64,000 nucleotides of DNA, from contig CAXXVZ010000004.1 in NCBI GenBank assembly GCA_963678065.2, forward strand, positions 64,001 to 128,000, read 5' to 3'. A program made the position numbers and the translations under genes. Below, piece after piece: positions 17,966-27,339 of this stretch (positions are counted from its first letter, which is position 1; the number at the start of each line of letters is the position of its first letter). Under the pieces are notes generated by a model. The model saw only the letters and a list, made by a program, of their open reading frames with translations, was not told the DNA's origin and ran no database searches. This DNA is from Treponemataceae bacterium. GTDB lineage: Bacteria; Spirochaetota; Spirochaetia; Treponematales; Rectinemataceae.

Positions 17966-19021
17966 TCACCGGCCCGCTTTCCGCGACTTTGCCGATGCGC
18001 GGGCCGGATCATTCGGGATGTTGTCCGATCCCGGACTCTGGCAGCCGGAATCGCAGAGGTACCAGAAGTCCCGGTCCATGGACGCCGGGGCGCCTGTTTC
18101 CGGCCAAAGCTTCCGCGCAATGGACCTCGTTGGTGAAAACTTGCGTCTGAATGCGTCTTCCCAGACCGGCGGGTCCGCGACTTTCCAGCTCCCTGAGCCT
18201 TCCTTCACAAAAGCCGAAAGCTTGTCTTCCTTCATCGGCCCGGACTTATCCTCGGCCGCGTACACGAGCATGTCCATGATTTCTCCACCCGGCCTCTCGG
18301 AAAGACGGATGGCGCCGTTCTCGTCGGGCAGGGCTCCGTCGGAGCACCAGAAATCCCGCGCCTCGGGCTTCGCGTCGATGCCGCCGGACAATGCGAGGTC
18401 GGATCCTTTTTCGTCTTTTTCCTCAGCGATTCCTTCTGGCGCGAGATGCAGGACGATATAGTCCCCCGAAGCCACTTCGACGCCCGGGAACACATAGCGA
18501 CAGGTCTTCACCGAGCTCGACCACGCGATCTCCATGCCCCCGAGGTTTCCCGCGCCAAGGACCCGCAACTCGACATAATCCCTGTGCGGGGAAGCCTTGG
18601 AACTGGTCTTGCCTGTCTGAACCTCCGAGAGGAGCATTCTGGCAGGCCTCGCGTTCCAGCCCGTAAACGAGAACACGAAACGCGTCGAATTTCCCCTCCT
18701 GTCCTCGACCTCGCCCGCCACCCGATACTCTTCCCCCGGATGAAACGGCTCTCCGAAATCGAGATCGAGTTCCCTCCCGAAAGCTTTGGCTTCGGCCTTC
18801 TTCGGGCCAGGCTCGAGGAAGAACGAGTCCGCGACGGGGATGATGTCCTCGCTGAAGGTCAGCGAGAAAGTACTCTCGCCCTCCGGAGCGGCGGACACGA
18901 CGAGAGGGGGCGTGAGGTCGGATTCCGGGATCAGACCGGGACCGGGTTTCTGCCCGCAGGAATGCAGGAAGAGGAACGCAGAGGCCACAGCCAGGGGGAT
19001 GAGTCGTCGTTTCGGATCCAT
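17966..19021 (-). CDS. Lipoprotein of unknown function, possibly with Ig-like and lamin-tail-like domains
   Basis: Signal peptide with lipobox FLHS-C; D-x-TPP Ig-like start; LLSEV..DYVEL..SPG pattern; GGAGG SD. Confidence 0.6.
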   Translation of the reverse strand: MDPKRRLIPLAVASAFLFLHSCGQKPGPGLIPESDLTPPLVVSAAPEGESTFSLTFSEDIIPVADSFFLEPGPKKAEAKAFGRELDLDFGEPFHPGEEYRVAGEVEDRRGNSTRFVFSFTGWNARPARMLLSEVQTGKTSSKASPHRDYVELRVLGAGNLGGMEIAWSSSVKTCRYVFPGVEVASGDYIVLHLAPEGIAEEKDEKGSDLALSGGIDAKPEARDFWCSDGALPDENGAIRLSERPGGEIMDMLVYAAEDKSGPMKEDKLSAFVKEGSGSWKVADPPVWEDAFRRKFSPTRSIARKLWPETGAPASMDRDFWYLCDSGCQSPGSDNIPNDPARASAKSRKAGR

Positions 19022-19189
19022 GAATCCTCCTTGAAAGACCATCGCGCGCAAGAGGGTCCGGCGCTTCAATTTCCGCGGCCTTCCGCCACTTTTTCCGTCA
19101 CTTTTCCCGAAACGACCTCGTTGACCCCCGATCCCGCCCCATCTGGGTTTGTGCGCAGGGATAAAAACACGGATTGCACGATTCATCAC

Positions 19190-19246
19190 TTTACAGATAC
19201 GGAAAGAAGTGGTACTGTCGATTTTCATTACTTACTTTGTGAAAAT
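19190..19246 (+). promoter_or_regulatory. Promoter plus candidate operator for the transketolase operon
   Basis: TTTACA-N17-TACTGT (extended TG) followed by inverted repeat ATTTTCA-N12-TGAAAAT at 19221-19246. Confidence 0.5.
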
Positions 19247-19262
19247 AATTACGGAGGATATC

Positions 19263-20180
19263 GTGGATGCAACGGAACTGAAAACTCTCGAGGACCGTGC
19301 GCGCGAGCTTCGGGCACTCACCATCGAGGAAATCGGGCATCTCGGCGTCGGTCACATCGGCGGGGCCATGTCGGTCATCGAAGTGCTCACCCTTCTCTAC
19401 TATAAGAAGATGAACGTCGATCCAGCCGATCCGGCCAAGCCCGACCGCGATCTTCTGGTCCTCTCAAAGGGACACGCCGGCCCGGCCCTCTACGCCACCC
19501 TGGCCATGAAAGGATTCTTCCCCAAGGAGTGGCTTCTCACCCTCAACCACGGAGGAACACGCCTCCCGAGCCACTGCGACCGCAGCAAGACCCCCGGCAT
19601 CGACATGACCACCGGCTCCCTGGGGCAGGGACTCTCTGCAGCATGTGGCCTCGCCCTCGCCTCCCGCATGGACGGAAAACCCGGCACCGTCTACTGCATC
19701 ATCGGGGACGGGGAGAGCGACGAGGGCCAGAACTGGGAAGCAGCCATGTTCGCCGCCCACTACAGCCTCTCCAATCTCGTCGCCTTCACGGACTTCAACA
19801 TGATGCAGATCGACGGCACGACGGAGGAGATCATGAACCTCGCCGACCCCGTCGCGAAGTGGAAGGCCTTCGGATGGGAGGCCGAGCGCGTGGACGGCCA
19901 CGACATGGCCGCCATCGACGCGGCGATCGATCGCGCCGCGTCACGGCGCTGCGCGGGCGAGGCCGCTAAGGCTGTTGGCGAGGCCGCGCCTCTTGGCTCG
20001 TCTTTCGGCTCGCCGACCATGATCATCCTCGACACCATCAAGGGCAAGGGCTGTTCCTTCTGCGAGAACCAGGTCGCGAGCCACAACATGAGCTACACGG
20101 CGGAGCAGACGGCCGAGGCTCTCGCCGCGCTCGGCGTCGCGCCAGTCCTCGACCTCGAGCCGACTCTCACGGTGGCCTGA
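19263..20180 (+). CDS. Split transketolase, N-terminal TPP-binding subunit (SqwG-like by context)
   Basis: GHIGG, LSKGHA, TTGSLGQG, GDGESDEGQNWEA; GTG start after GGAGG. Confidence 0.9.
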   Translation: MDATELKTLEDRARELRALTIEEIGHLGVGHIGGAMSVIEVLTLLYYKKMNVDPADPAKPDRDLLVLSKGHAGPALYATLAMKGFFPKEWLLTLNHGGTRLPSHCDRSKTPGIDMTTGSLGQGLSAACGLALASRMDGKPGTVYCIIGDGESDEGQNWEAAMFAAHYSLSNLVAFTDFNMMQIDGTTEEIMNLADPVAKWKAFGWEAERVDGHDMAAIDAAIDRAASRRCAGEAAKAVGEAAPLGSSFGSPTMIILDTIKGKGCSFCENQVASHNMSYTAEQTAEALAALGVAPVLDLEPTLTVA

Positions 20181-20212
20181 TTCCGGCCCGCCTGACACCC
20201 AAGGAGACAGCA

Positions 20213-21151
20213 ATGGCAGATCAGAAAGAAATGCGCGCCCAATATGCCGAAACACTCATCGCCCTCGTCGGCGAGGGCAAAGATATCGTCGTCGTGGAGG
20301 CCGATCTCATGAGGGCGACAGGAACCGGAGCCTTCGCGAAGAAGTTCCCGAACCGCACGGTGAACGTCGGTGTCGCCGAGGCCAACCTCGTCGGCGTCTC
20401 GGCCGGCCTCTCTGCGGGCGGCAAGATACCCTTCGCGGCCACCTTCGGCTGCTTCGCGAGCCGCCGGGCCTTCGACCAGTTCTTCCTCGCGGCCAACTAC
20501 GCCCGCCTCAATGTAAAACTCGTCGGAACCGATCCAGGCGTAACCGCGGCCTTCAACGGCGGAACGCACATGCCCCTCGAGGACATCGCCCTCATGCGGA
20601 CGATCCCCGACCTCGTCATCCTCGAGCCCTCCGACCCTGTCTCCCTGGACGCCCTCGTCCGCGCCTCGGCAGTGCACTACGGCTCGGTCTACATGAGACT
20701 CCAGCGCAAGCCCGCCGCATTCATCTATCCTGTAGGCGAAAAATTCGAGATCGGAAAGTCGAAGGTCCTGCGCGAGGGGAAGGACCTCGTCCTCGTCGCC
20801 CTCGGCTGCCTCATGGTGAAGGAAGCCCTCAAAGCCGCCGATCTGCTTGCCGCCGAAGGGATCGCGGCCGCCGTAGTCGATGCCCTCAGCGTAGCCCCTC
20901 TCGACATAGCGACCATAGGCGGACTCATGAACGCGACCGGCCGCATCGTGACCTGCGAGAATCACCGCGTGACCGGCGGCCTCGGCTCGGCCGTCGCGGA
21001 GCTCATCGCCGAGGGCGAGAGCAGCGTCTGCCAGAGGCGCATCGGCGCCGGCGCCAACGAGTTCGGCGAAGTCGGGACTCAGGACTGGCTGGCAGAGCGC
21101 TTCCGTATGACGGCGCCCCACATCGCCGCCGCAGCCAAAGAATTGTTCTGA
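20213..21151 (+). CDS. Split transketolase, C-terminal subunit (SqwH-like by context)
   Basis: NVGVAEANL, NGGTHMPLED, ENHRVTGGLGSAV. Confidence 0.9.
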   Translation: MADQKEMRAQYAETLIALVGEGKDIVVVEADLMRATGTGAFAKKFPNRTVNVGVAEANLVGVSAGLSAGGKIPFAATFGCFASRRAFDQFFLAANYARLNVKLVGTDPGVTAAFNGGTHMPLEDIALMRTIPDLVILEPSDPVSLDALVRASAVHYGSVYMRLQRKPAAFIYPVGEKFEIGKSKVLREGKDLVLVALGCLMVKEALKAADLLAAEGIAAAVVDALSVAPLDIATIGGLMNATGRIVTCENHRVTGGLGSAVAELIAEGESSVCQRRIGAGANEFGEVGTQDWLAERFRMTAPHIAAAAKELF

Positions 21152-21162
21152 AGAGGTACACT

Positions 21163-21648
21163 ATGGCCGAAAAAACCAAGCTCGCGATCGCGTCCGACCT
21201 ATCCGGATTCCCCCTCAAGCAGGAACTCGTGAAACACCTGTCCTCCCGCGACGACATCGAACTCATCGACTTCGGCATCGAGAGCGCCGAGGCTCCCCAG
21301 CCTTACTTCATCCAGGCCCCCAAGGTCGCGAAAGCGATCCAGGAAGGCCGCGCCGACAAAGGCATTCTCATCTGCGGCACCGGCCAAGGCATGGCCATCG
21401 TCGCCAACAAGCATAAGGGCGTCTACGCCTGCGTGGTCGACGACCTCTTCTCCGGCGAGCGCGCCAGGATCGTCAACAACGCCAACGTGATCACGATGGG
21501 CGGCTGGATCACGGCGCCCTTCCTCGGCACCCAGATCGTCGACGCCTGGCTCGCAATGGCCTTCACCCAGAAGATGGAGTTCAAGAAAGACTTCCTCACC
21601 AACGCCTTCAACAAGGTCGTCGAACTCGAGGGGGAGCAGTTCAAATGA
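21163..21648 (+). CDS. RpiB/LacAB family isomerase, divergent (SqwI-like sulfoerythrose isomerase by context)
   Basis: GILICGTGQGM retained, but SDLSG replaces DHxG and the C-terminal RHxxR is absent. Confidence 0.8.
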   Translation: MAEKTKLAIASDLSGFPLKQELVKHLSSRDDIELIDFGIESAEAPQPYFIQAPKVAKAIQEGRADKGILICGTGQGMAIVANKHKGVYACVVDDLFSGERARIVNNANVITMGGWITAPFLGTQIVDAWLAMAFTQKMEFKKDFLTNAFNKVVELEGEQFK

Positions 21649-23147
21649 GCCAGACGAATGCCGCCGCACCACTCGGCGCCAGCACCGCCACGCCATCCCA
21701 GGCGCCCTCCGCAGCCACATCGCCCGCGGCCTCGCCGCACGCGGCCGACAACGAAAGCCTCATCGCCGCCCTCGTCGCCAAAGCCCGCGCGGCCCAGAAA
21801 ATCGCGGCCACCTGGAGCCAGGAGCGCCTCGACGAGGTCGTCTTCGCCGTCGGCTGGTCGGTCTACAAGGACGAAAACATACGCGTCCTCGCCCGCGCCG
21901 CCGTCGACGAAACTGGCATGGGCGTCTACGAGGACAAGCTCACCAAGCACAAGAACAAGGTCATGGGCGTCCTCAGGGATATCAAGGGCGCGAAGACCGT
22001 CGGGCTCATGGAGGTCGACGAAAAGAAGGGCATCCACAAGTACGCGAAGCCCGTGGGCGTCGTCGGCGCCCTCGCCCCTGTCACGAATCCCACGGCCACA
22101 CCCGCCTCCAACGGTCTTTCGATCCTGAAAGGGGCCAACGCTGTCATTTTCGCGCCTCACCCCAAGGCCAAGGGCGCGACGAAGCTCGCCTGCGAGTACA
22201 TGAGGGCGGCGCTGCGAAGCGTCGGAGCCCCTGAGGACCTCGTCCAGTGCGTCGGGAACCCCTCCGTGGAGCTCACGGGCGAACTCATGCGCCAGGTCGA
22301 CCTCGTCGTCGCCACGGGCGGCGGGGCCATGGTCAAGGCGGCCTACTCCTCAGGCACGCCCGCATACGGCGTCGGCCCCGGCAACGCCGTCCAGCTCCTG
22401 TGCGAGGACGCCGATCCGGCCGACGCCGCGACGAAAATCTCGACCTCAAAATGCTTCGACAACGCGACAAGCTGCTCCAGCGAGAACACGGCCGTCGTCC
22501 ACGAGGCCGTCTACGGCGCCTTCCTCGCGGGCCTCGTCTCCAAAGGCGGGCACCTCTGCTCCGCAGAGGAGAAGGCCAAGCTCCGCAACTGGGTCTGGGT
22601 AAAAAACAAAAGTGGCGCCGAGGGCCTGAATCCCGCCGTCATCGCCCACGGCGCATCCGTCATCGCATCTGGCGCGGGTTTCTCCGTCCCGGAAGGGACG
22701 CGCTTCCTCATCGTCGCAGGAACCCCGGACATCGAAAACGACAAGTTCTTCCACGAAAAAATTTCCCCCGTCCTCGCCGTCCTGAAGTGCTCGAGTTTCG
22801 AGGAAGGAAGGGCCTTCGTCGTGCGCATCACCGACGAGTGCGGCACAGGCCACTCCTCGGGCATCTTCACCTTCAAGGACGAGTACATCCGCCGCATGGG
22901 CGAGACGATGAAGTCGAGCCGCATCATGGTGCGCCAGCCCATGGTCTCTGGCAACGGAGGGGCCTTCTTCAACGGCATGCCCTCCACCGTCACTCTGGGC
23001 TGCGGAACCTGGGGCGGCAACATCACTACGGAAAACATCCACTGGCGCCAGTTCATCAACGTGACCTGGCTCGCCATGCCCATCGAGCCGAACCGCCCCT
23101 CCGACGAGGAGATTTTCGGCGCGCTCTGGGCGAAGTACGGCAGATGA
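21645..23147 (+). CDS. CoA-acylating aldehyde dehydrogenase of the sulfoacetaldehyde dehydrogenase (SauS/SqwD) type
   Basis: Catalytic motif SKCFDNATSCSSEN (SauS-like, unlike the AdhE/EutE DNxxxCASEQ); C-terminus LGCGTWGGN..WRQFIN. Confidence 0.82.
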   Translation: MSQTNAAAPLGASTATPSQAPSAATSPAASPHAADNESLIAALVAKARAAQKIAATWSQERLDEVVFAVGWSVYKDENIRVLARAAVDETGMGVYEDKLTKHKNKVMGVLRDIKGAKTVGLMEVDEKKGIHKYAKPVGVVGALAPVTNPTATPASNGLSILKGANAVIFAPHPKAKGATKLACEYMRAALRSVGAPEDLVQCVGNPSVELTGELMRQVDLVVATGGGAMVKAAYSSGTPAYGVGPGNAVQLLCEDADPADAATKISTSKCFDNATSCSSENTAVVHEAVYGAFLAGLVSKGGHLCSAEEKAKLRNWVWVKNKSGAEGLNPAVIAHGASVIASGAGFSVPEGTRFLIVAGTPDIENDKFFHEKISPVLAVLKCSSFEEGRAFVVRITDECGTGHSSGIFTFKDEYIRRMGETMKSSRIMVRQPMVSGNGGAFFNGMPSTVTLGCGTWGGNITTENIHWRQFINVTWLAMPIEPNRPSDEEIFGALWAKYGR

Positions 23148-23157
23148 GAAGGCGGGC

Positions 23158-24279
23158 ATGAAACTCCTCGAACACCAGGCCAAGGAAGTCTTCGCCGCGG
23201 CGGGGCTGGCCGTTCCCCGGGGCGAGGTCGTGGTCGACGCGGATGCGGCCTCGCGCGCGGCCGAAACCCTCGGCTTCCCCTGCGTCCTCAAGTCCCAGGT
23301 CGCGCGCGGCGGCCGCGGCAAGGCCGGTCTCATCAAACTCGTCCGCAGCGGCTCCGAAGCGCGTGAAACCGCCGAGGCCCTGTTCGCCTCCCCTCACGGC
23401 GTGAAAAAGATCCTCGTCGAGCAGGCCGTCGATATTGCCCGGGAAATCTACGTCTCCGTCACCGTCGACCCCGTATCATCCCGCGCCCTCGTCCTCGCCT
23501 GCGCCGAAGGCGGTGTCGAGATCGAGGAACTCGCCAGGACCGCCCCGGAAAAGATCGTGCGCGAGTGCGTCGACCTGGACGAAGGCCTCCTTCCCTTCCG
23601 CGCCCGCAACATCGCCTACGGCCTGGGGTTCGAGGGGGAGCTTGCGAAAAAATTCGCCTCCGTCGTTGAAACCCTCTACAAAGTCTTCCGTAGCCACGAC
23701 GCCGAGCTCGCCGAGATCAACCCCCTGTTCGTGACGAAGTCGGGCGAGGTCGTCGCGGGGGACGGAAAGCTCTCCATCGACGACAACGCGATGTTCCGCC
23801 ACGCGGCTTTTGAGCCCGGACGCGACTACTACGACTCTGATGTCGCCTACGAGGCAGCACAGGAAGGCATTCCCTACCTCCAGTTCGACGGCGACATCAG
23901 TCTCATGTGCGCGGGGGCCGGCCTCACGACCACGGTCTACGACCTCATCGCGGACGCAGGCGGCTCGGTGGCCAACTACCTCGAGTTCGGCGGCCCCAAC
24001 TACAAGAAGGGCGTGCGCGCCATGGAGCTCTGCGTGCGCAACAGGCCGAAGGTCATCCTCATCGTCACCTTCGGCACCATAGCGCGGGCCGACATCATGG
24101 CCGAGGGCATCGTCGAGGCGATCGGAAAGCTCAAGCCGACCTGCCCCATCGTGGTCTGTATCCGCGGCACGGGCGAAGTCGAGGCGGCGGAAAAACTGCG
24201 CGCGGCGGGACTCGATCCCCTGACAGACACCGAAGAGGCCGTCCGGAAGGCCGTCTCACTCTGCTCTGGAGGCGCCTGA
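23158..24279 (+). CDS. ADP-forming acyl-CoA ligase beta subunit, SucC-like (SqwK sulfoacetate-CoA ligase by context)
   Basis: MKLLEHQAK, KSQVARGGRGKAG, EINPL; non-canonical CAGAGLTTT and NYLEFGGPN. Confidence 0.8.
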   Translation: MKLLEHQAKEVFAAAGLAVPRGEVVVDADAASRAAETLGFPCVLKSQVARGGRGKAGLIKLVRSGSEARETAEALFASPHGVKKILVEQAVDIAREIYVSVTVDPVSSRALVLACAEGGVEIEELARTAPEKIVRECVDLDEGLLPFRARNIAYGLGFEGELAKKFASVVETLYKVFRSHDAELAEINPLFVTKSGEVVAGDGKLSIDDNAMFRHAAFEPGRDYYDSDVAYEAAQEGIPYLQFDGDISLMCAGAGLTTTVYDLIADAGGSVANYLEFGGPNYKKGVRAMELCVRNRPKVILIVTFGTIARADIMAEGIVEAIGKLKPTCPIVVCIRGTGEVEAAEKLRAAGLDPLTDTEEAVRKAVSLCSGGA

Positions 24280-25278
24280 ATGAGCATCTTCATCGACCGG
24301 AACACGCGCGTCGTCGTCCAGGGCGCGACGGGGGGCGAAGGCTCCTTCTGGACGAAGCACATGATCGAACTCGGCACCGCGGTCGTCGCGGGCGTCACGC
24401 CCGGCAAGGAAGGGATGACCGTCGCGGGCGACGCCGCCGTGCCCGACGATGTCGCGCGCAGAGCCATCGCGGGCGACGCGGCTGCCAGTGGCGACGAAAA
24501 ATCCGGCCGCACCGACAAGGCTAAAAAAACCGGCGTCCCGATCTATCACACGGTCAGACGCGCCGTCGCCGAGCACCCTGCCGACGCGGCCATGCTTTTC
24601 GTGCCGCCCCACTTCACGAAAGACGCGGTATTCGAAGCCCTCGACTCAGGGATAAAAAAGATCGTCACCATAGCCGACGGCATTCCCCTCCACGAAGCCC
24701 TCCAGATCAGGATGGCAGCCCGATCCTGCGGCGCGCGCGTCATCGGCGGCAACACCTCCGGCGTCATCAGTCCCGGGCGCGCCATGATGGGCATGTTCCC
24801 TCACTGGATAGCCCGCGTGTACAAGCCCGGCCGCATCGGCGTCATGACGCGCTCAGGAAGCCTCACCAACGAGGTCACGGCCATGATCGTGGCAGGCGGA
24901 TTCGGAGTCTCCTCCCTCATCGGCGTCGGCGGCGATCCCGTCCCGGGCACCCGATTCGCCGAGATGCTCCCCGACTTCCAGGCCGACCCCGACACCGACG
25001 CCGTCGTCATCATCGGCGAACTCGGCGGCACGATGGAGGAGGAAGTGGCCGAAGCGATCGCCTCGGGCAGCTTTACGAAACCGCTCGTCGCCTTCATCGG
25101 CGGCCGACACGCCCCTGCGGGCAAGCGCATGGGCCACGCCGGCGCCATCGTCTCAGGCGGACTCGGCTCGGCCCTCGACAAGATCATAGTCCTTCGGGCA
25201 TCAGGCGCCATCGTCGCCGAGCGTCCGAGCCTCGTGGGCGACTGCCTCGCGCGGGCACTCGCGGGGAATCGCAGATGA
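24280..25278 (+). CDS. ADP-forming acyl-CoA ligase alpha subunit, SucD-like (SqwL by context)
   Basis: VVVQGATG, GVTPGK, RSGSLTNE, GELGG, phospho-His motif KRMGHAGA. Confidence 0.82.
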   Translation: MSIFIDRNTRVVVQGATGGEGSFWTKHMIELGTAVVAGVTPGKEGMTVAGDAAVPDDVARRAIAGDAAASGDEKSGRTDKAKKTGVPIYHTVRRAVAEHPADAAMLFVPPHFTKDAVFEALDSGIKKIVTIADGIPLHEALQIRMAARSCGARVIGGNTSGVISPGRAMMGMFPHWIARVYKPGRIGVMTRSGSLTNEVTAMIVAGGFGVSSLIGVGGDPVPGTRFAEMLPDFQADPDTDAVVIIGELGGTMEEEVAEAIASGSFTKPLVAFIGGRHAPAGKRMGHAGAIVSGGLGSALDKIIVLRASGAIVAERPSLVGDCLARALAGNRR

Positions 25279-26732
25279 GTTCAGCCCCTGCAGGCAGCGC
25301 ACAAAGGGCAATAGCCATAGCAGGAGCCGCCATCGTCCTCGTCGCCATCATGATTTTCCCCGTCCCGGAAGCCATGAAGACGAGTCACGGCGCCGCGCTG
25401 AGCCGCCAGGGCCAGACCGCCCTCGCGGTCCTCGCCTTCGCCCTCGTCCTGTGGATAGCCGAGGCCCTGCCCTTCCACATCACGGGCCTCGCCGCCATCC
25501 TCCTCCTCGCCGTCTTCAGGGCGGGCGAGTACGGCGACATAGTCCGCTACGGCTTCGGCGACGACGTCGTCGTATTTTTCATCGGTGTCCTCGTCGTAGC
25601 CGCCTGCCTCGGGCGCTCGGGCCTTGCCAAGCGCTTCTCCCTCTTCGTTCTCTCCCTCACGGGGAACTCGACGCGAGCGATAATCTTCGGTTTCCTCGCG
25701 GCAGGAGCCTTCCTCAGCATGTGGATCACGGCGTTGGCCGCCTCGGCCATGCTCATGCCCCTCGCCCTCGGAATCCTGAAGGACGAAGGCGAGGTTCCGG
25801 GCAAGAGCCGCTTCGGGAAGGCCCTCATGATAGCCGTCGCCTGGGGGGCTCTCATCGGGGCTCTCGGCACGCCCGCCGGTTCGGGCTCCAATCCCATCGC
25901 CATCCGCTTCCTCTCGGAAATCGCCGGCTACAACATCTCCTTCCTCGGGTGGATGGCCTTCGGCTTCCCCGCCCTCCTCGTCCTTCTGCCGACAGCCTGG
26001 CTCATCATCATCCTCTTCTTCCCGCCTGAGCGCAGGCATCTCGCGCGGAGCAAGGCCGACATCATGGCGGAGTTCTCCTCCCAAGGCCGGCTCTCCCGAC
26101 AGGAGATCGTGACGGCGCTGGTCTTCTTCGCCACCATCGCGATCTGGGTGGCCTCGCCCGCCATCGGCCATCTTTTGGGCATCAAGGTGCCCATCTCCAT
26201 GGGCGCCCTCGTCGCCATCCTCCTCATCTTCCTTCCCGGATCGACGGGCTACTCGTGGAAGGATCTCCAGAAGGAGATAGACTGGGCGGGCATCCTCCTC
26301 ATCGCCACGGGCATAAGTCTGGGCATGACGCTCTACAAGACAGGAGCCGCGGCCTGGGTGGCCGCGAGCGTCCTAGGCGGAATCGGCCAGCTCTCCGACT
26401 TCTGGCGCCTTGTCGCGGTCGTACTCGGCGTCTTCGCGATCAAAGTGGTATTCTCATCCAACACCCTCACCGGCACCATCATCGTTCCCCTCATCCTCGC
26501 TCTCGGCGCGAGCCTTGGCATCGACGCGCGCATGCTCGCCCTCGCGGCCGGCTTCGCCTCGAACCTCGCCGTCATCCTCGTGACGACCTCGCCGGTGAAC
26601 GTGATTCCCTACACGACGGGCTATTTTTCCATCAGGGACATGGCGAAGGCCGGTCTGGTTCTGGCGCTGGTGGCCTCATTCGTGATAGCACTTGCATTCA
26701 TGGCTGTCGGTTCGATCCGCGGAGGACTCTGA
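25275..26732 (+). CDS. SLC13/DASS family anion transporter
   Basis: WIAEALPFHITG, LSMWIT, GTPAGSGSN, SPVN; multiple TM helices; ATGA overlap with the upstream gene. Confidence 0.85.
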   Translation: MSSAPAGSAQRAIAIAGAAIVLVAIMIFPVPEAMKTSHGAALSRQGQTALAVLAFALVLWIAEALPFHITGLAAILLLAVFRAGEYGDIVRYGFGDDVVVFFIGVLVVAACLGRSGLAKRFSLFVLSLTGNSTRAIIFGFLAAGAFLSMWITALAASAMLMPLALGILKDEGEVPGKSRFGKALMIAVAWGALIGALGTPAGSGSNPIAIRFLSEIAGYNISFLGWMAFGFPALLVLLPTAWLIIILFFPPERRHLARSKADIMAEFSSQGRLSRQEIVTALVFFATIAIWVASPAIGHLLGIKVPISMGALVAILLIFLPGSTGYSWKDLQKEIDWAGILLIATGISLGMTLYKTGAAAWVAASVLGGIGQLSDFWRLVAVVLGVFAIKVVFSSNTLTGTIIVPLILALGASLGIDARMLALAAGFASNLAVILVTTSPVNVIPYTTGYFSIRDMAKAGLVLALVASFVIALAFMAVGSIRGGL

Positions 26733-26813
26733 AGAGGCATTCGGTCAGGTTCTCCAGGCTGCCGGCAGCCCGCCCGCCTTCGCGGGCGCAGCACATGATG
26801 ACAGGAAGCTGAC

Positions 26814-27275
26814 ATGAACATCGTCGTAGCGAACGATCACGGAGCGGTCGAGCTCAAGAAACGGATTGTCGCCTGGCTCGAATCCGCGGGACACAGCGTG
26901 AAGAACCTCGGCATCGACGAGGAGACCCGCGTCGACTACCCCGACAAGGCGGCACAAGCCTGCGCCGAGTACAAGAAGGGCGGCTACGATTTCGGCATCC
27001 TGCTCTGCGGGACCGGAATCGGCATCTCCATCGCGGCGAACAAGATCGACGGCATCCGCTGCGCCCTCGTCCACGACCGCTTCACCGCCGAGATGGCCAA
27101 GGCCCACAACAACGCCAACTTCATCGCCCTCGGAGGGCGCGTCGACTATGCCCTCCCCGTCACGGACATCGTCGGAACATTCATGTCGACGCGTTTCGAG
27201 GGCGGACGCCACCAGGAGAGGATCGACAAGATCCACGGCCTCGAGCGTCATTCCGACACCCAGGGCCTCTGCTGA
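26814..27275 (+). CDS. rpiB: Ribose-5-phosphate isomerase B
   Basis: Canonical NDHGA, VDYPD, CGTGIG, HNNAN, FEGGRHQERI. Confidence 0.9.
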   Translation: MNIVVANDHGAVELKKRIVAWLESAGHSVKNLGIDEETRVDYPDKAAQACAEYKKGGYDFGILLCGTGIGISIAANKIDGIRCALVHDRFTAEMAKAHNNANFIALGGRVDYALPVTDIVGTFMSTRFEGGRHQERIDKIHGLERHSDTQGLC

Positions 27276-27339
27276 ACGGCCGCGCCGGGGGAAAAGCCTA
27301 CAGCCACTGATTCACTGCTTCACAGGCGGGCTTCAGACT

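Noticed and set aside
23158..25278. Housekeeping succinyl-CoA synthetase sucCD
   Set aside because: Substrate-side motifs deviate (CAGAGLTTT and EFGGPN versus VNGAGLAM and DVGGGA), and the context is transketolase plus a SauS-type dehydrogenase.
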